From positions 97,301,604 through 97,365,603 of the forward strand of contig NC_092383.1 of the NCBI RefSeq assembly GCF_030028105.1: DNA of 64,000 nucleotides, written 5' to 3'. The stretch comes from Mobula birostris (taxonomy: Eukaryota). This document shows positions 12,586 to 24,524 of this stretch, one piece after another; positions within the stretch are counted from its first letter, which is position 1, and every line of letters begins with the position of its first letter. The notes under the pieces were generated by a model. It was given only the letters and a program-made list of their open reading frames with translations. It was not told the DNA's origin and ran no database searches. The position numbers and the translations under genes were made by a program.

Positions 12586-12906
12586 CGTACACCTCCAGTC
12601 GCACTGTCGCTTGAGTCTCAGATCCTGAACTTGCTGTAACAGTCACCTCATAAACACCAGAATCTTCTCTCTGTAGATCACAGATTTCCAGACAGAAGCT
12701 ACTTGGATGAAGAGTTATCCATTGTTTTATCTCCTCAGAACCAAAGTATGTAATATTTCCCTTCAAATATTGTGCAATCATGATTTTGGAGGATCTCTGG
12801 CTCCACTGAACCTCAGTAACTTTCGATCTGTTGTTGATTCCAGCAGATAACAAGACCGAGTGTCCCCGAGCTCCGCTCACCGTGGTGGGGGGAGCCTCAG
12901 TCGCAG
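12586..12906 (-). CDS. CD2/SLAM-family V-set Ig exon V2 (gene A)
   Basis: Same acceptor motif as V1 and V3; donor GTGTACG|GTGAGT; 321 nt, phase 1-1. ATEAPPTTVSGARGHSVLL...VQWSQ...LQREDSGVYEVTV...VRLEVY. Confidence 0.85.
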
Positions 12907-13559
12907 CTGAGGAGACAAGAGGAGACCGTCAGCAGGTGAGCTCAGAGACTGAAGGAGGAATCGGAGCTGGGTTAATCACAGACACAGGAGCAGACCATGT
13001 AACCCATCATCTGGCTTCTGTCCCTGGGAGAGACCCAGCGCACAGTTCCCACACACAAAGTAAGTGCAACAAAGTTCAAGATTCAAGTCCAAAGTTTAAA
13101 GTTCAAAGTAAATTTATTGTCAAAGTATGTACTGTACACATTATTCAGACTTGGGATTTGTCTCCTCACAGAGAGCCACAAAACAAAGAGCCCCCAAACC
13201 TCATTAAAAACAGACCATCAGATACCCTACCGGCAGAGAAAAAAAACTAGTGCAAACAATTTAAGTGAGCAAATAGCATTTAGATCTGAAGGGCAGACCA
13301 CAGCTTCAGTTCCAACAAGTTACAGGGAGAGACTGAATAATCTGGATTGTTTTCCCTTGAACGAAGGAGACTGAGTGATGACTGATAGAAGTAAAAAAAT
13401 TGCAGGAAATCAGTGAGTTAGGTATAACTTGGAGGCAAAAACTCTTGGTTCAGATGTAGGAACATAACCTGAACCTCTCTTTGCCTTCCGATGCCAAGTA
13501 CCCAGCAATTTTGATGTATACTTTAGATTCCGAGCTCTGCAGTCTTTTTGTCACCTGAA

Positions 13560-14160
13560 TGAAGCATATTCAATGATGAGAGGCATAGCTAGTTGTTTCC
13601 CATTAGCTGCTCTATCAAAGACAAAACAGCTTAGGTTTAAAATGAGAGGAAGGAATTTTAAATGGGATATGAGGCATACCTTTTTTTAACACAGATTTGG
13701 AATCAGGTTTGTAGTCACTGAGTGAGGGATATCAGAGAGTCCTTGATATCTGGAGCTCGCAACAGAGTAATTGGATAGAATTGAATGTTGAAAGGCTTCG
13801 ATAGAGTAGACTTGGAGAGCATGTTTCCTATGGTGGAGGAAAGTAAGACCAGAAGACACAGCCTCAAAATTGAGGGACATTCATTTAGAACAGAGATGAT
13901 GAGGAATCTCTTTAGCCAGAGAGTGATGAATCTGTAGAATTCATTGCCACATGTGGTTATGGAGGTCATGTCATTGTCTATATTTAAGGCAGAAGTTGAT
14001 AGATTCTTGAGCAGTCAGGGCATAAAGGGATATGGGGAGAAGGCAGGAGACTGGGGCTGAGAGAGAAATCGATTTGCCATTGTGAAATGGCAGAGCAGAC
14101 TTGATGGATCAAATGGCCTAATTCTGCTCCATAATACCATACTGTATCTTATGGTATTAT
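13560..14160 (+). mobile_element. CR1 3' end fragments
   Basis: GACTTGGAGAGCATGTTTCCTATGG...TTTAGAACAGAGATGATGAGGAATCTCTTTAGCCAGAGAGTG matches the CR1 C-terminus of other copies. Confidence 0.65.
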
Positions 14161-14319
14161 GGTTAATTACTATGTTGAAAAGACATTTACACAGACACTT
14201 AAATGGGCAAGGCATAAACGGATATGACTCCATTGTGCATAAGTGGGAATAATGAGGTTGGCAAAAGGGGCAGCCTGGATGTGATGGGCTGAAGAGTCTT
14301 TTTCTGTTCTGTACGGCTC

Positions 14320-15567
14320 CATAACTCTATGAATCTATAGTCCAGATCTGACTTGTATAGAACCCTTTGGAGAGTCTGTTTAGTGTTAATAATGCTTTAG
14401 GAGACAGCTCTGTTCGGAATGTCTCAGATCTGGGCAACTCAGTTTCATCTGCCCCAGCCATTCTTGTGTTTGGAGGAAGAGTTTGATATGCTAGTCTCTG
14501 GTTGGGATGGGAATGAAGGCCATCCTCTCTGCTTCTGTTGATGATATGCTGCTTAGAGTTATACATCCAATCTTCTGAAGATGACATGCGAATGCCAGCA
14601 AGTTTTTTTCCAATATGTCATCCTCAGAGGGGAGGAGAGTTCTTGATTTCTGTTCGGTCAGTGGTTTGCAGACTTTCTGAACAAGGGTACACTACATTGA
14701 GTAGCACAGACTTTCACTATCTGGGATACTACCAGGGGAAGCCCGGCCAGAAAACTGGCAAGAACTGAAGGTCAAAGTTACCACCACTCCAAGACGTTGG
14801 ACAGAACTGCTCTGAGTGCTTTTTTACAGGGGACGAACACTGCTCATAAACTGACTGATGACCTCTGTCACTGGATCTGTCCCCTGCCTTGGCCTCCAAG
14901 TTCCAGAGGAATCAGGTGGATTTCTTCTGATTCAAGAGGATGCTTTGAGTCTCTGTTGTCGTTCTGAGTCTCTAGATTGAGGACAGTGGTCAGTCGATTG
15001 TGTGTCCGAACCCAGGTGGTGTCTCTCCACCCTCAGACCCTGCAGCGGTGCCCATACATTGACCATTGGGCTAGGTGGGATGCTGTGATAACACATTAGT
15101 TTTTTTTTAAGATGACACACTGTTCTCAGATCACCTCCCTGAAAGAATTATAGGAATATCTTCAGAGTGTGGGCTGTGCTCAACTCCAGTTATAGAGTTC
15201 CCCTGTTGGCAGAGCGCTTGATTCAGGCTGACAGGGCGACCATATGGTGGGGGAGCACACACTCAACATTAAGGCTCAGAACAACAGACTCTGGGTGTCT
15301 GTCGACAGACACTGACTAACGAAGGTTTGGGGATCTGGAATCACAGTTTCCATCTTTACCTTATCCCCAACATTTCTGGTGGTAATATCTTTGTAGCTCT
15401 CCTGCACACTCTCAGCAGTGTGTCTCATCTCTTTTCTGATGTGGCAACCAGTTGTGATTGAACCGGTATCGATACAGGTCCACCATTTCATCCATGTTTT
15501 TACGTTCTGTGCTAGGCCAGAGGAAACAGCCCTGTGGTATTCAGACACTTTACAGAACATAAAGAGA
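14320..15567 (-). mobile_element. Decayed Tx1/L1-clade endonuclease region
   Basis: Frameshifted pieces SPTIWSPCQ, YHSIPPSPMVNVWAPLQ and LLAFACHLQ resemble Tx1 APE motifs (PSIWSG, LINVYAP, LLLADCHL). Judged by eye only. Confidence 0.45.
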
Positions 15568-16428
15568 NNNNNNNNNNNNNNNNNNNNNNNNNNNNNNNNN
15601 NNNNNNNNNNNNNNNNNNNNNNNNNNNNNNNNNNNNNNNNNNNNNNNNNNNNNNNNNNNNNNNNNNNNNNNNNNNNNNNNNNNNNNNNNNNNNNNNNNNN
15701 NNNNNNNNNNNNNNNNNNNNNNNNNNNNNNNNNNNNNNNNNNNNNNNNNNNNNNNNNNNNNNNNNNNNNNNNNNNNNNNNNNNNNNNNNNNNNNNNNNNN
15801 NNNNNNNNNNNNNNNNNNNNNNNNNNNNNNNNNNNNNNNNNNNNNNNNNNNNNNNNNNNNNNNNNNNNNNNNNNNNNNNNNNNNNNNNNNNNNNNNNNNN
15901 NNNNNNNNNNNNNNNNNNNNNNNNNNNNNNNNNNNNNNNNNNNNNNNNNNNNNNNNNNNNNNNNNNNNNNNNNNNNNNNNNNNNNNNNNNNNNNNNNNNN
16001 NNNNNNNNNNNNNNNNNNNNNNNNNNNNNNNNNNNNNNNNNNNNNNNNNNNNNNNNNNNNNNNNNNNNNNNNNNNNNNNNNNNNNNNNNNNNNNNNNNNN
16101 NNNNNNNNNNNNNNNNNNNNNNNNNNNNNNNNNNNNNNNNNNNNNNNNNNNNNNNNNNNNNNNNNNNNNNNNNNNNNNNNNNNNNNNNNNNNNNNNNNNN
16201 NNNNNNNNNNNNNNNNNNNNNNNNNNNNNNNNNNNNNNNNNNNNNNNNNNNNNNNNNNNNNNNNNNNNNNNNNNNNNNNNNNNNNNNNNNNNNNNNNNNN
16301 NNNNNNNNNNNNNNNNNNNNNNNNNNNNNNNNNNNNNNNNNNNNNNNNNNNNNNNNNNNNNNNNNNNNNNNNNNNNNNNNNNNNNNNNNNNNNNNNNNNN
16401 NNNNNNNNNNNNNNNNNNNNNNNNNNNN
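15568..16428. other. Assembly gap (861 N)
   Basis: Run of N; the ORFs crossing it are artefacts. Confidence 0.99.
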
Positions 16429-16999
16429 CAACTAAGGATCTTCACTTGTGTCATGATGTTCTGTAGAAGCGGAATGAGGGGCAGAAAATAGGGTCTGTTA
16501 ATGTTATTAATGAAAAAACTATTGAATCTGAATGTGCCCAGGCTATGTGGCGGCGGGGAGCCGATGTCATTGCCTGACAAGCTAATTCTCAGTAGTAGTG
16601 TGTTTGGTCAAACACTGCATCAGATGCTGGGAGGAAGTGGTTCAGGCTCAGGGTGCATCTGGTGACCAATAAGCATGTGAAGCCAAAAATAGTGCCGGAC
16701 TCCAGATATCAAGACAGAGCTAGGAGGGATTGAGCTGAGGGGAATGGGGGAGAGCGAGACAGAGAGAGAGAGAGAGAGAGACGGAGACAGACAGATAGGG
16801 ACAGAGTGAGAGACGGGGGGCGGGGGGCAGGAGTTGGGGAGATAAAGGGTAAGACTATATAATCTTCAAGACTGTTGTGTCAAGCAACCAGCACAGATAG
16901 TGGCAGAGTTGAAGAGAGAGAAGGAGAGCAAGGAAGCATTCACAGACATATGTACTGTATATACTCAGAGAGATTAAGTAGATAGACTGTATCAGGCCA

Positions 17000-17160
17000 C
17001 TCTCCCCGTACGTTCTCACCATGACCTCGTGGGTTTCCTTTGGGTGCTCTGGTTTGCTCCCATAGTCCGAGGATCTATCGATCAGTTGGTCGCTGTAAAT
17101 TGTTCCATGATCAGGCGAGGGTTTGCAGGGCAGCCTGAAGGGATAGGAAGGCCTATTCTG
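17000..17160 (+). mobile_element. HE1/V-SINE-like fragment
   Basis: CGTTCTCACCATGACCTCGTGGGTTTCCTTTGGGTGCTCTGGTTTGCTCCCATAGTCC, homologous to 11220-11290. Confidence 0.5.
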
Positions 17161-17394
17161 TGCTGATTCTTAACAAAATAAACAAATAAATAAATAAATA
17201 AGAACAATTACTGAAAGAGGACCGAGCAAGGGAAGAGTATGGCTTATCTTTGAGACTCAGCTGGGCAGAGTACAGACTAGCAGAGAGAGACAAGGAGTGA
17301 TGACAATGGACTCAGATAAAGTTACATACACTGAAAACCAAGACACGGCTCACACACATCTATAAACAGAACTGCTTTTACAATCTGACCTTAC

Positions 17395-17461
17395 CCACAT
17401 AGGTGCTAAAGAGAGAGGTGAAGACCAGGCAGAGGACCCACATCACGATGAACGTCTGCAT
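17395..17461 (-). CDS. Signal-peptide (leader) exon of gene A
   Basis: ATG at 17461 encodes MQTFIVMWVLCLVFTSLFSTYV plus 1 nt, then a GTAAGG donor. Phase 1 joins in frame to V2 (G+CT = Ala). Confidence 0.75.
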
Positions 17462-17560
17462 CTTGAAGTTGTATTTCAGTGTTGTGAAGTTCAAAGGAAC
17501 AGCATAAAGAACAGGAAATGACTTCTTTAAACTCATGTGTGATAGGTGGAGTGTTCTGTA
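17462..17560 (-). promoter_or_regulatory. Putative promoter/5'UTR of gene A
   Basis: Immediately upstream of the ATG: TCF/LEF TTCAAAGG (17490-17497), ETS ACAGGAAATG (17511-17520), E-box CATGTG (17534), GATA TGATAG (17540). Motif matches only. Confidence 0.4.
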
Positions 17561-18829
17561 TATGACAAAGAACACGTCTAGTGATGAAGCACTTTGCACT
17601 AACTTCTTCCAGTCTTTCTCTGCCTCAATTTGCTTCATTTTTCTTTACGTGGAGCCAATGCCTTTCAATCTTTTTTGTGCACCTCTCACTCTGTCTGTCT
17701 TTCCTCATCTCTCTTTCCTTCTCATGGACTCGTTGACTCTCCCTCTAAATTAAACTGTCTCTCCCAGTTGCTGTATGTCTGCCATCCTCTTTCAATTTCT
17801 CTGCATCACTCAGCCTCTCCATGTCTGCCTTTCAGTCTCGTTCTCCCTCCGAATTTGTCTCTTTCAAAGTTTGTCGAATACCCTCTCTGTCCCTGTCTGT
17901 CATTATCTGTCTATCCCTCTTAGTCTGTCTGTGTGTGTTTAGCTCTCTTTCTTTCAGATGGTCTCTGTCAACATATCTTCAAAGTTCAAAGTAAAATTTA
18001 CGGTCAGATTACATACAGTACACGTCACCATATACAACCCTGAGACTCATTTTGCTGCGGGCATAGTTAACAAATCTCTGGAATAGTGACTGTAGACAGG
18101 AACAACAAAAGTGCAAGAGTATAGAAGACAACAAACTGTGCAAATGCAAATATAAATATAAATATCAATAAATAACAAGAACATGAAAAGACAAGATAAA
18201 TTGTCCTTAAAATGAGATGTAAGACCTGGGCCTCAATACCCCATTTTTTCGCCTTTTTCCTGTAACCTTTCATGCCTTTACTTAGTCAAGAACCTGCCAG
18301 CCTCTGCTTTAAACATATCCTGTGACTCAGCCTCGACAGCTGTTTGTGCCAATGATTCACTACCATCTGGCTAAAGAAATTCCTCCTCATCTCTGCTCTA
18401 AATAGATATCCTTCTATTCTGAGGCTCTGGCCTCAGGTCTTAGACCTCCCCCCTGTAGGAAATGTCTTCTCCTCATCCATTCTCTCTAGGCCTTTCAATT
18501 TTCGATAGGTTTCAATGCGATTCTCCATCATTATATGAACATAAGAAATAGGAGCAGGAGCCGGCCATCTGGCCCATCGAGTCTGCTCCATCATTCAATA
18601 AGATCATGGCTGATCTGGCCACGGACTCATCTCCACCTACCTGCCTTTTCCCCAAAACCCTTAATTCCCCTGTTATGCAAAAATCTATCGAAACTTGTCT
18701 CAAGCAAGGTGTATTCTAAACTCCAGTGAGTACAGGCCCTGAATTATCAAATGCTCCTCATATATTAATCCTTTCATTCCCAGGATCATTCTCACGAACC
18801 CCCTCACGACCCTTTCCAATGCCAGCATG

Positions 18830-19600
18830 TCCATTTAGGGGCCTTTAAGATCAGGGCTCAAAACTATTCTCACCTCACAGATACTTTGTACAGTTTGCTT
18901 AAGGAGCCACCTCACGGTATCCATAGGGCCCCTGTCCCACAGTGTCTGCTTGGCATTCTGTGCTGACCACTGCCTGATGGACTTGTCATCATCAGTCTTT
19001 GCGTGCATGAATTTCTCCATGAAGGACAGGTATTACGGCAATGTCCAGTTAACTGGGACACAGTACAGCGATATGACCAGGCCTATCTACCGCAACACCA
19101 GGAACAGGTGGAACATTAGCATGAAGTGACACTTGGTGCCACACACAGCCTGATTCAGCCACACACAAAGAAGGTTATCAGTACAGGAACTACGTCCATT
19201 ACACTTGTGTCCAGGTACTCACTCATTCTGACATGTTAGATTCATTCCATCTTCGGTCCCCAGGGGAATTGCAAGATGGGCTGGGTAATTCCCAAGGCAG
19301 AAAAGTGGAGGACAATCTATACCTACACTAAGTACAGCAGTCTTGAGAGCAAGTCAGACTTGATGACCAAGTTCTTCCCAGATACTGAGAGGGAGCACCA
19401 TTTCCACAAACGTAGTTTTTGTTTGATCTTTCCTTTCCATTTGAGCCAATACTTGACGACATGCCTTGGTCTCTGAACATGATCTGCAGCAACTTCTGGT
19501 AGTCAGACCTGACAGTGAAGAGGATATTGGTTGGTTATGTACGTTGCTGAAGAACATCGTCTCACTCTTATTACAGTTGACTGTGATCCTCAATTATTAC
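18830..19600 (-). mobile_element. Tx1/L1-clade LINE, post-RT region, decayed
   Basis: VNCNKSETMFF; GKIKQKLRLWKWCSLSVSGKNLVIK; EKFMHAKTDDDKSIRQWSAQN are typical Tx1 ORF2 segments, with stops. Confidence 0.7.
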
Positions 19601-19679
19601 AACCTTCAAATGAAAGTTGTAACAAATGAAATACAATGTTGGAAAGTGTATGGTTCTGTACCTTAGTGGAAGAAATAAA

Positions 19680-20460
19680 TGGGCAGACTATGATTTAGTT
19701 GGGGAGAGAATTCAAAATGCAGATATGAAAAGGGACCTGGGAGACCTCATGTAGGATACCCTAAATGTTAACCTCCAGGCTGAGTCGATGGTGCAGAAGG
19801 TGAATGCAATGTTGGCATTCATTTCTAGAGGTATAGAAGTTAAGAGTGAGGATGTGATGTTGAGGCTCTATAAGGCACTCATGAGAACACATGTGGAGTA
19901 TTGTGTGCAGTTTTTGGCTCCTTATTTTAGAAAGGATATACTGACATTGGAGAGGGATCAGAGAAGATTCACAAGAATGATTCCAGGAAGCAGTTGAGGC
20001 CAGTACGTTGGCTATATTTAAGAGGGAGTTAGATATGGCCTTTGTGGCTACGGGGATCAGGGGGTATGGAGGGAAGGCTGGGGCGGGGTTCTGAGTTGGA
20101 TGATCAGCCATGATCATAATAAATGGCGGTGCAGGCTCAAAGGGCCGAATGGCCTACTCCTGCACCTATTTTCTATGTTTCTATGAAAGGGTTACTGTAT
20201 GAGGAACGTCTGGCAGCTCTTGGACTGTATTCCCTGGAGTTCAGGAGAATGAGGGGGGATCTCATAGAAACATTCTGAATGTTAAAATGGCTGAACAGAT
20301 TAGATATGACAAAGTTATTTCCCACGGTAGAGAAATCTAGGACAAGAGGGCACGACTTCAGGATTGAAGGATGTCTATTTAGAACAGAGATGCAGAGAAA
20401 ATACTTTAGTCAGAGGGTGGTACATCTGTGGAATTTGTTGCCATGAGCAGCTGTGGATGC
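19680..20460 (+). mobile_element. CR1 3' region with a second CR1 3' tail nested at about 19990-20186
   Basis: MVQKVNAMLAFISRG...RFTRMIPG is interrupted by a tail ending TTTCTATGTTTCTATG, after which the CR1 sequence resumes. Confidence 0.75.
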
Positions 20461-20479
20461 CAGGTCATTGGGTGCATTG

Positions 20480-22260
20480 AAGGGAGAGGTAAGGTAAGGA
20501 ATGCCTACCATTCCATGTCCAGGCCATATCTGGGTAAATCTGATCACTTGGCTGTCCTTCTCCCACCTGCATGTAGACAGGCTCATGAAGAAAACTCCAG
20601 AGATTAGGACATCAGGTTGTGGGAGGTACAGGAGCAGCTATGGGCCATGCTCAAGGACTCTTCTGTGGATCTGAGTGATTCACCATGGTTGTCACGGACT
20701 TTATTAAAACAGTTGTAGATGAGTGTGCTCCCACAAAGTCATTCAGAGTCTTTCCCAGTCAGAAGCCCTGGATGAATCATGAGATCCACAATCTGCTGGG
20801 AGCCAGATCAGATGCACTCAGGTCTGGTGAACGAGAAAGCTATAAGAGGTCCTGGTATGATCTCCAGAAAGCCATCTCAAAGATAAAGTGGCAAATCTGG
20901 ACTAAACTTAAATCAATGAAAGATGCTCAACAATTGTGACAGGGCTTGAATGAACTCACCTCTTATAAAGTTAAATTGAACAAAACAGGCAAGATCAGAG
21001 TTTTGTTTCCAGCTTAGCTTAATGTCTATTTCCTGGCTTTAACTGTCAAAACATGGAGTAACCATCATGACCTCGCACAGCCTCTGATGACACCATGATC
21101 TCCATCTCCAAGGCCAATGTGGAAGCAACCTTCAGTAGGGTGAACCCACGAAAAGCATTCATCCCAGACGGGGTACTGGCCGAGTACCAAAGACTTAGGC
21201 TGCGCAACTACCTGAAGTGTTCAAAGTTCAAAGTTCAAAGTGAATTTATTATCAAAGTACACTTACAACCCTGAGATTAATTTTCTTGTGGGCACACTTA
21301 ATGTATCTACCAAATAATATAAAATAGTAACTATAACAGAATCAGTAAAAGATCTCTCAACTAGGGTGTCCAACCAGAGTGCAGAAGACAACAAACTGAA
21401 AATACAAAAGAAGAAATAGAAATAGTAAATAGATATTGAGAAGATGAGGTAACGAGTTCTTCAAAGTGGGTACATTTGTGTTGGAACATTTCAATGATCC
21501 TGCAAGTGAAGTTGTGAAGTTAAATAAATTTATCCATTTTGGTTCAAGTGCCTGATGGTTGAGGCATAGTAACTGTTCCTGAACCTAGTGGTGTCAGTTC
21601 TGATGACAGCAGTGAGAAGAAAGCCTGCCCTAGTTGGTTGGGTTTCCTGATGATGGATGCTGTTTTCCTGCAACAGTGTTACATGCAGATGTGATCAATG
21701 ATAGGGAGTGCTTTACCCATGACCCAAGTTGTATCCACAACTTTTTGCAGGATTTTCTGTTCAAGGGCATTTTATACCATTTTATATAATCTCTTGCTTT
21801 GGCATTCTGAGGTACCCACCTGCTTCAAAAACTCTTCAATTATACCATTGCCTAAGAAGAACATGAAGATCTGCCTCAATGTCTATCTCCCAGTAGCACT
21901 TACATCCACAATGATGAGATGCTTTGAGAGGTTCACCCACTTTAAAGGCAGCCTACAATCGGCCCCCGAGACAGAGATCACAAAGTTACCGGGTGCAGCA
22001 GGGACCTTCACAGCCCCTGTTACATTCTGCCTTTCAAAGCGGGCACAGAAGGCGTTGACCTCATCTGGTTGTGAAGCATTGCTGCCATTCATGCTATTTG
22101 GTTTCATTTTGGAGGAAGTAATGTCTTGCAAACCCTGCCAGAGTTGACGTACATCCAATATCGCCTCCAAACTCCTTCAGAATTGTCTCTTCACTCTTGA
22201 AATAGCCCTCTGCAAGTCATCCCTGTTTTCGTTGTACAGACCTGGGTCACCAGACTTAAA
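20480..22260 (+). mobile_element. Rex1/Babar-like LINE ORF2 fragments, partly inverted
   Basis: Plus strand: VTDFIKTVVDECAPTKSFRVFPSQKPWMNHEI and EVPTCFKNSSIIPLPKK...YLPVALTSTMMRCFER. Minus strand at 21940-22260: RQLWQGLQDITSSK...PDEVNAFCARFE. Confidence 0.65.
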
Positions 22261-22264
22261 TCAG

Positions 22265-22993
22265 GTAACCTGTTCATATTCTATACCTTCACAGTATGGT
22301 CTGGGTCAAGTTTGACCTGGCCCAAGAATCCCCTCGCAACAAGCGTCTATACAGAATTTTGAACCACAGATCTATTTAGAATGTATAAATAGCCTGTCTG
22401 ACATTAATAAACGGGTGATTAATCCTTAATTAATGTTTCAGAGATCTAAAATCCATTTCAATAGATATGGGTCAAATTTGACTGGGAACAGCCTCAATGT
22501 ATAAAAATTTGTAGCACCTGTACAAAACTATAAAATTTTAAAATACTTTGATTTTTGTGCATTTTGGGTCACTTTAGGAAAAGTCATCAAATTTCGGCTA
22601 AAAAATGGGATTTAGCAAGTTTTTACTGCTATCAAATGTAAAACGTGTGGCGCGTGGACAAGTGGTTAGGGCGTTGGACTAGCGATCTGAGCAACTTGTT
22701 GGACGAGTTCGAGCCTCGGCCGGGGCAGCGTGTGTGTCCTGGAGCAAGGCAATTAACCACACAATGCTCCAGTCTACCCAGCTGAGAATGGGTGCTGGCA
22801 AAAATGCTGGGGGTTAACCTCGTGATAGATTGGCATCCTATCCGGGGGTGGGGGGCGTAGTCCCGTACTCCCTGTCACTTCACGCCACAGAAACCGGCAT
22901 AAGCACCGGTCTGATGGGCCACAAGGCTCGGGACAGACTGTAATCAAATGTCAAAGCAGGTCAAATTTGACCCAAACAGTATGTAAGGGTTAA
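22265..22993. mobile_element. Possible piggyBac-like non-autonomous DNA element, host of a SINE
   Basis: Right end ..CAGGTCAAATTTGACCCAAACAGTATGTAAGGG|TTAA; imperfect inverted left sequence TGGGTCAAGTTTGACCTGG near 22302. The left TTAACCCT is not intact. Confidence 0.35.
22644..22942 (+). mobile_element. tRNA-derived SINE with about 13-bp TSD
   Basis: TGGACAAGTGG A-box and GTTCGAGCC B-box; head shared with the SINE at 2837. ATCAAATGT(A/C)AAA at 22631 and 22943. Confidence 0.75.
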
Positions 22994-23182
22994 ATGCCAC
23001 AGATCTAGCCCTCAGCAGATGATTTACCTCTTGGTTTATCCACAGCTGCTACAATAGGCTGAAGTCACCATGGTTTTCAGAAAGGGAAATCTCCAGATAA
23101 AACCGTTCGAACTCTTTGATGAAATAACAGGCAGGATAGACAAGGGAGAGTCAATTAATGTTGTTTATCTAGAAAGAGGTAC

Positions 23183-23218
23183 AGTCGACGTTTCAGGCCG
23201 AGACTCTTCGTCAGGACT
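23183..23218 (-). ncRNA. Minimal type I hammerhead ribozyme motif (Penelope)
   Basis: AGTC-CTGACGA-AGAGTCTCGGCCT-GAAA-CG-TC-GACT: conserved core, AGTC/GACT stem I, GUC cleavage triplet. Stem II has a mismatch. Confidence 0.7.
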
Positions 23219-23514
23219 AACTGAAGGAAGAGTGAGTAAGGGATTTGAAAGTGGGAGGGGGAGGGGGAGATCCAAAATGATAGGAGAAGACAGGAGGGGG
23301 AGGGATGGAGCCAAGAGCTGGACAGGTGATGGGCAAAAGGAGATACGAGAGGATCATGGGACAGGAGGCCCAGGGAGAAAGACAAGGGGTGGGGGGAACC
23401 CAGAGGATGGGCAAGGGGTATATTCAGAGGGACAGAGGGAGAAAAAGGAGAGTGAGAGAAAGAATGTGTATATAAAAATAAGTAACAGATGGGGTACAAG
23501 GGGGAGGTGGGGCA

Positions 23515-23841
23515 TTAGCGGAAGTTAGAGAAGTCGATGTTCATGCCATCAGGTTGGAGGCTACCCAGACGGAATATAAGGTGTTGTTCCTCCAACCTGA
23601 GTGTGGCTTCATCTTTACAGTAGAGGAGGCCGTGGATAGACATGTCAGAATGGGAATGGGATGTGGAATTAAAATGTGTGGCCACTGGGAGATCCTGCTT
23701 TCTCTGGCGGACAGAGCGTAGATGTTCAGCAAAGCGGTCTCCCAGTCTGCGTCGGGTCTCGCCAATATATAGAAGGCCACATCGGGAGCACCGGACGCAG
23801 TATATGATCCCAGCCGACTCACAGGTGAAGTGTTGCCTCAC
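23515..23841 (-). pseudogene. Penelope GIY-YIG endonuclease domain (5'-truncated element)
   Basis: GIIYCVRCSRCGLLYIGETRRRLGDRFAEH...RLEEQHLIFRLGSLQPDGMN. Confidence 0.9.
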
Positions 23842-24197
23842 CTGGAAGGACTGTTTGGGGCTCTGAATGGTGGTAAGGGAGGAAGTGTAAGGGCATGTTT
23901 AGCACTTGTTCCGCTTACAAGGATAAGTGCCAGGAGGGAGATCGGTAGGGAGGGATGGGGGGTGCCGAATGGACAAGGCAGTCGCGTAGGGAGCGATCCC
24001 TGCGGAAAGCGGAGGGGGGGGGGAGGGAAAGACGTGCTTAGTGGTGGGATCCCGTTGGAGGTGGTGGAAGTTACGGAGAATAATATGTTGGACCCGGAGG
24101 CTGGTGGGGTACTTATCCTTGTAAGCGGAACAAGTGCTACACATGCCCTTACACTTCCTCCCTTACCATCATTCAGGGCCCCAAACAGTCCTTCCAG

Positions 24198-24524
24198 GTG
24201 AGGCGACACTTCACCTGTGAGTCGGCTGGAGTGGTATACTGCGTCTGGTGTTCCCGGTGTGGCCTTCTATATATTGGTGAGACCCGACGCAGACTGGGAG
24301 ACCGCTTTGCTGAACACCTTCGCTCTGTCCGCCAGAGAAAGCAGGATCTCCCAGTGGGCACACATTTTAATTCCACATCCCATTCCCATTCTGACATGTC
24401 TATCCACGGCCTCCTCTACTGTAAAGATGAAGCCACACTCAGGTTGGAGGAACAACACCTTATATTCCGTCTGGGTAGCCTCCAACCTGATGGCATGAAC
24501 ATCGGCTTCTCTAACTTCCGCTAA
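24198..24524 (+). pseudogene. Penelope GIY-YIG endonuclease domain (inverted copy)
   Basis: GVVYCVWCSRCGLLYIGETRRRLGDRFAEH..., near-identical to 23515-23841. Confidence 0.9.

Noticed and set aside
14820-14880. Minus-strand DPVTEV resembling the start of a C2 exon
   Set aside because: The upstream sequence is purine-rich (no acceptor tract), a stop follows after 16 codons, there is no Cys/Trp pattern, and it lies in a Tx1-like remnant.
15276-16580. Long ORFs of 293-434 aa in the ORF track
   Set aside because: They consist mostly of X from the assembly gap.
16631-16642. GAGGAAGTGGTT PU.1/ETS-RUNX-like motif in intron 1 of gene A
   Set aside because: A single short motif with no supporting conservation; expected by chance in 64 kb.
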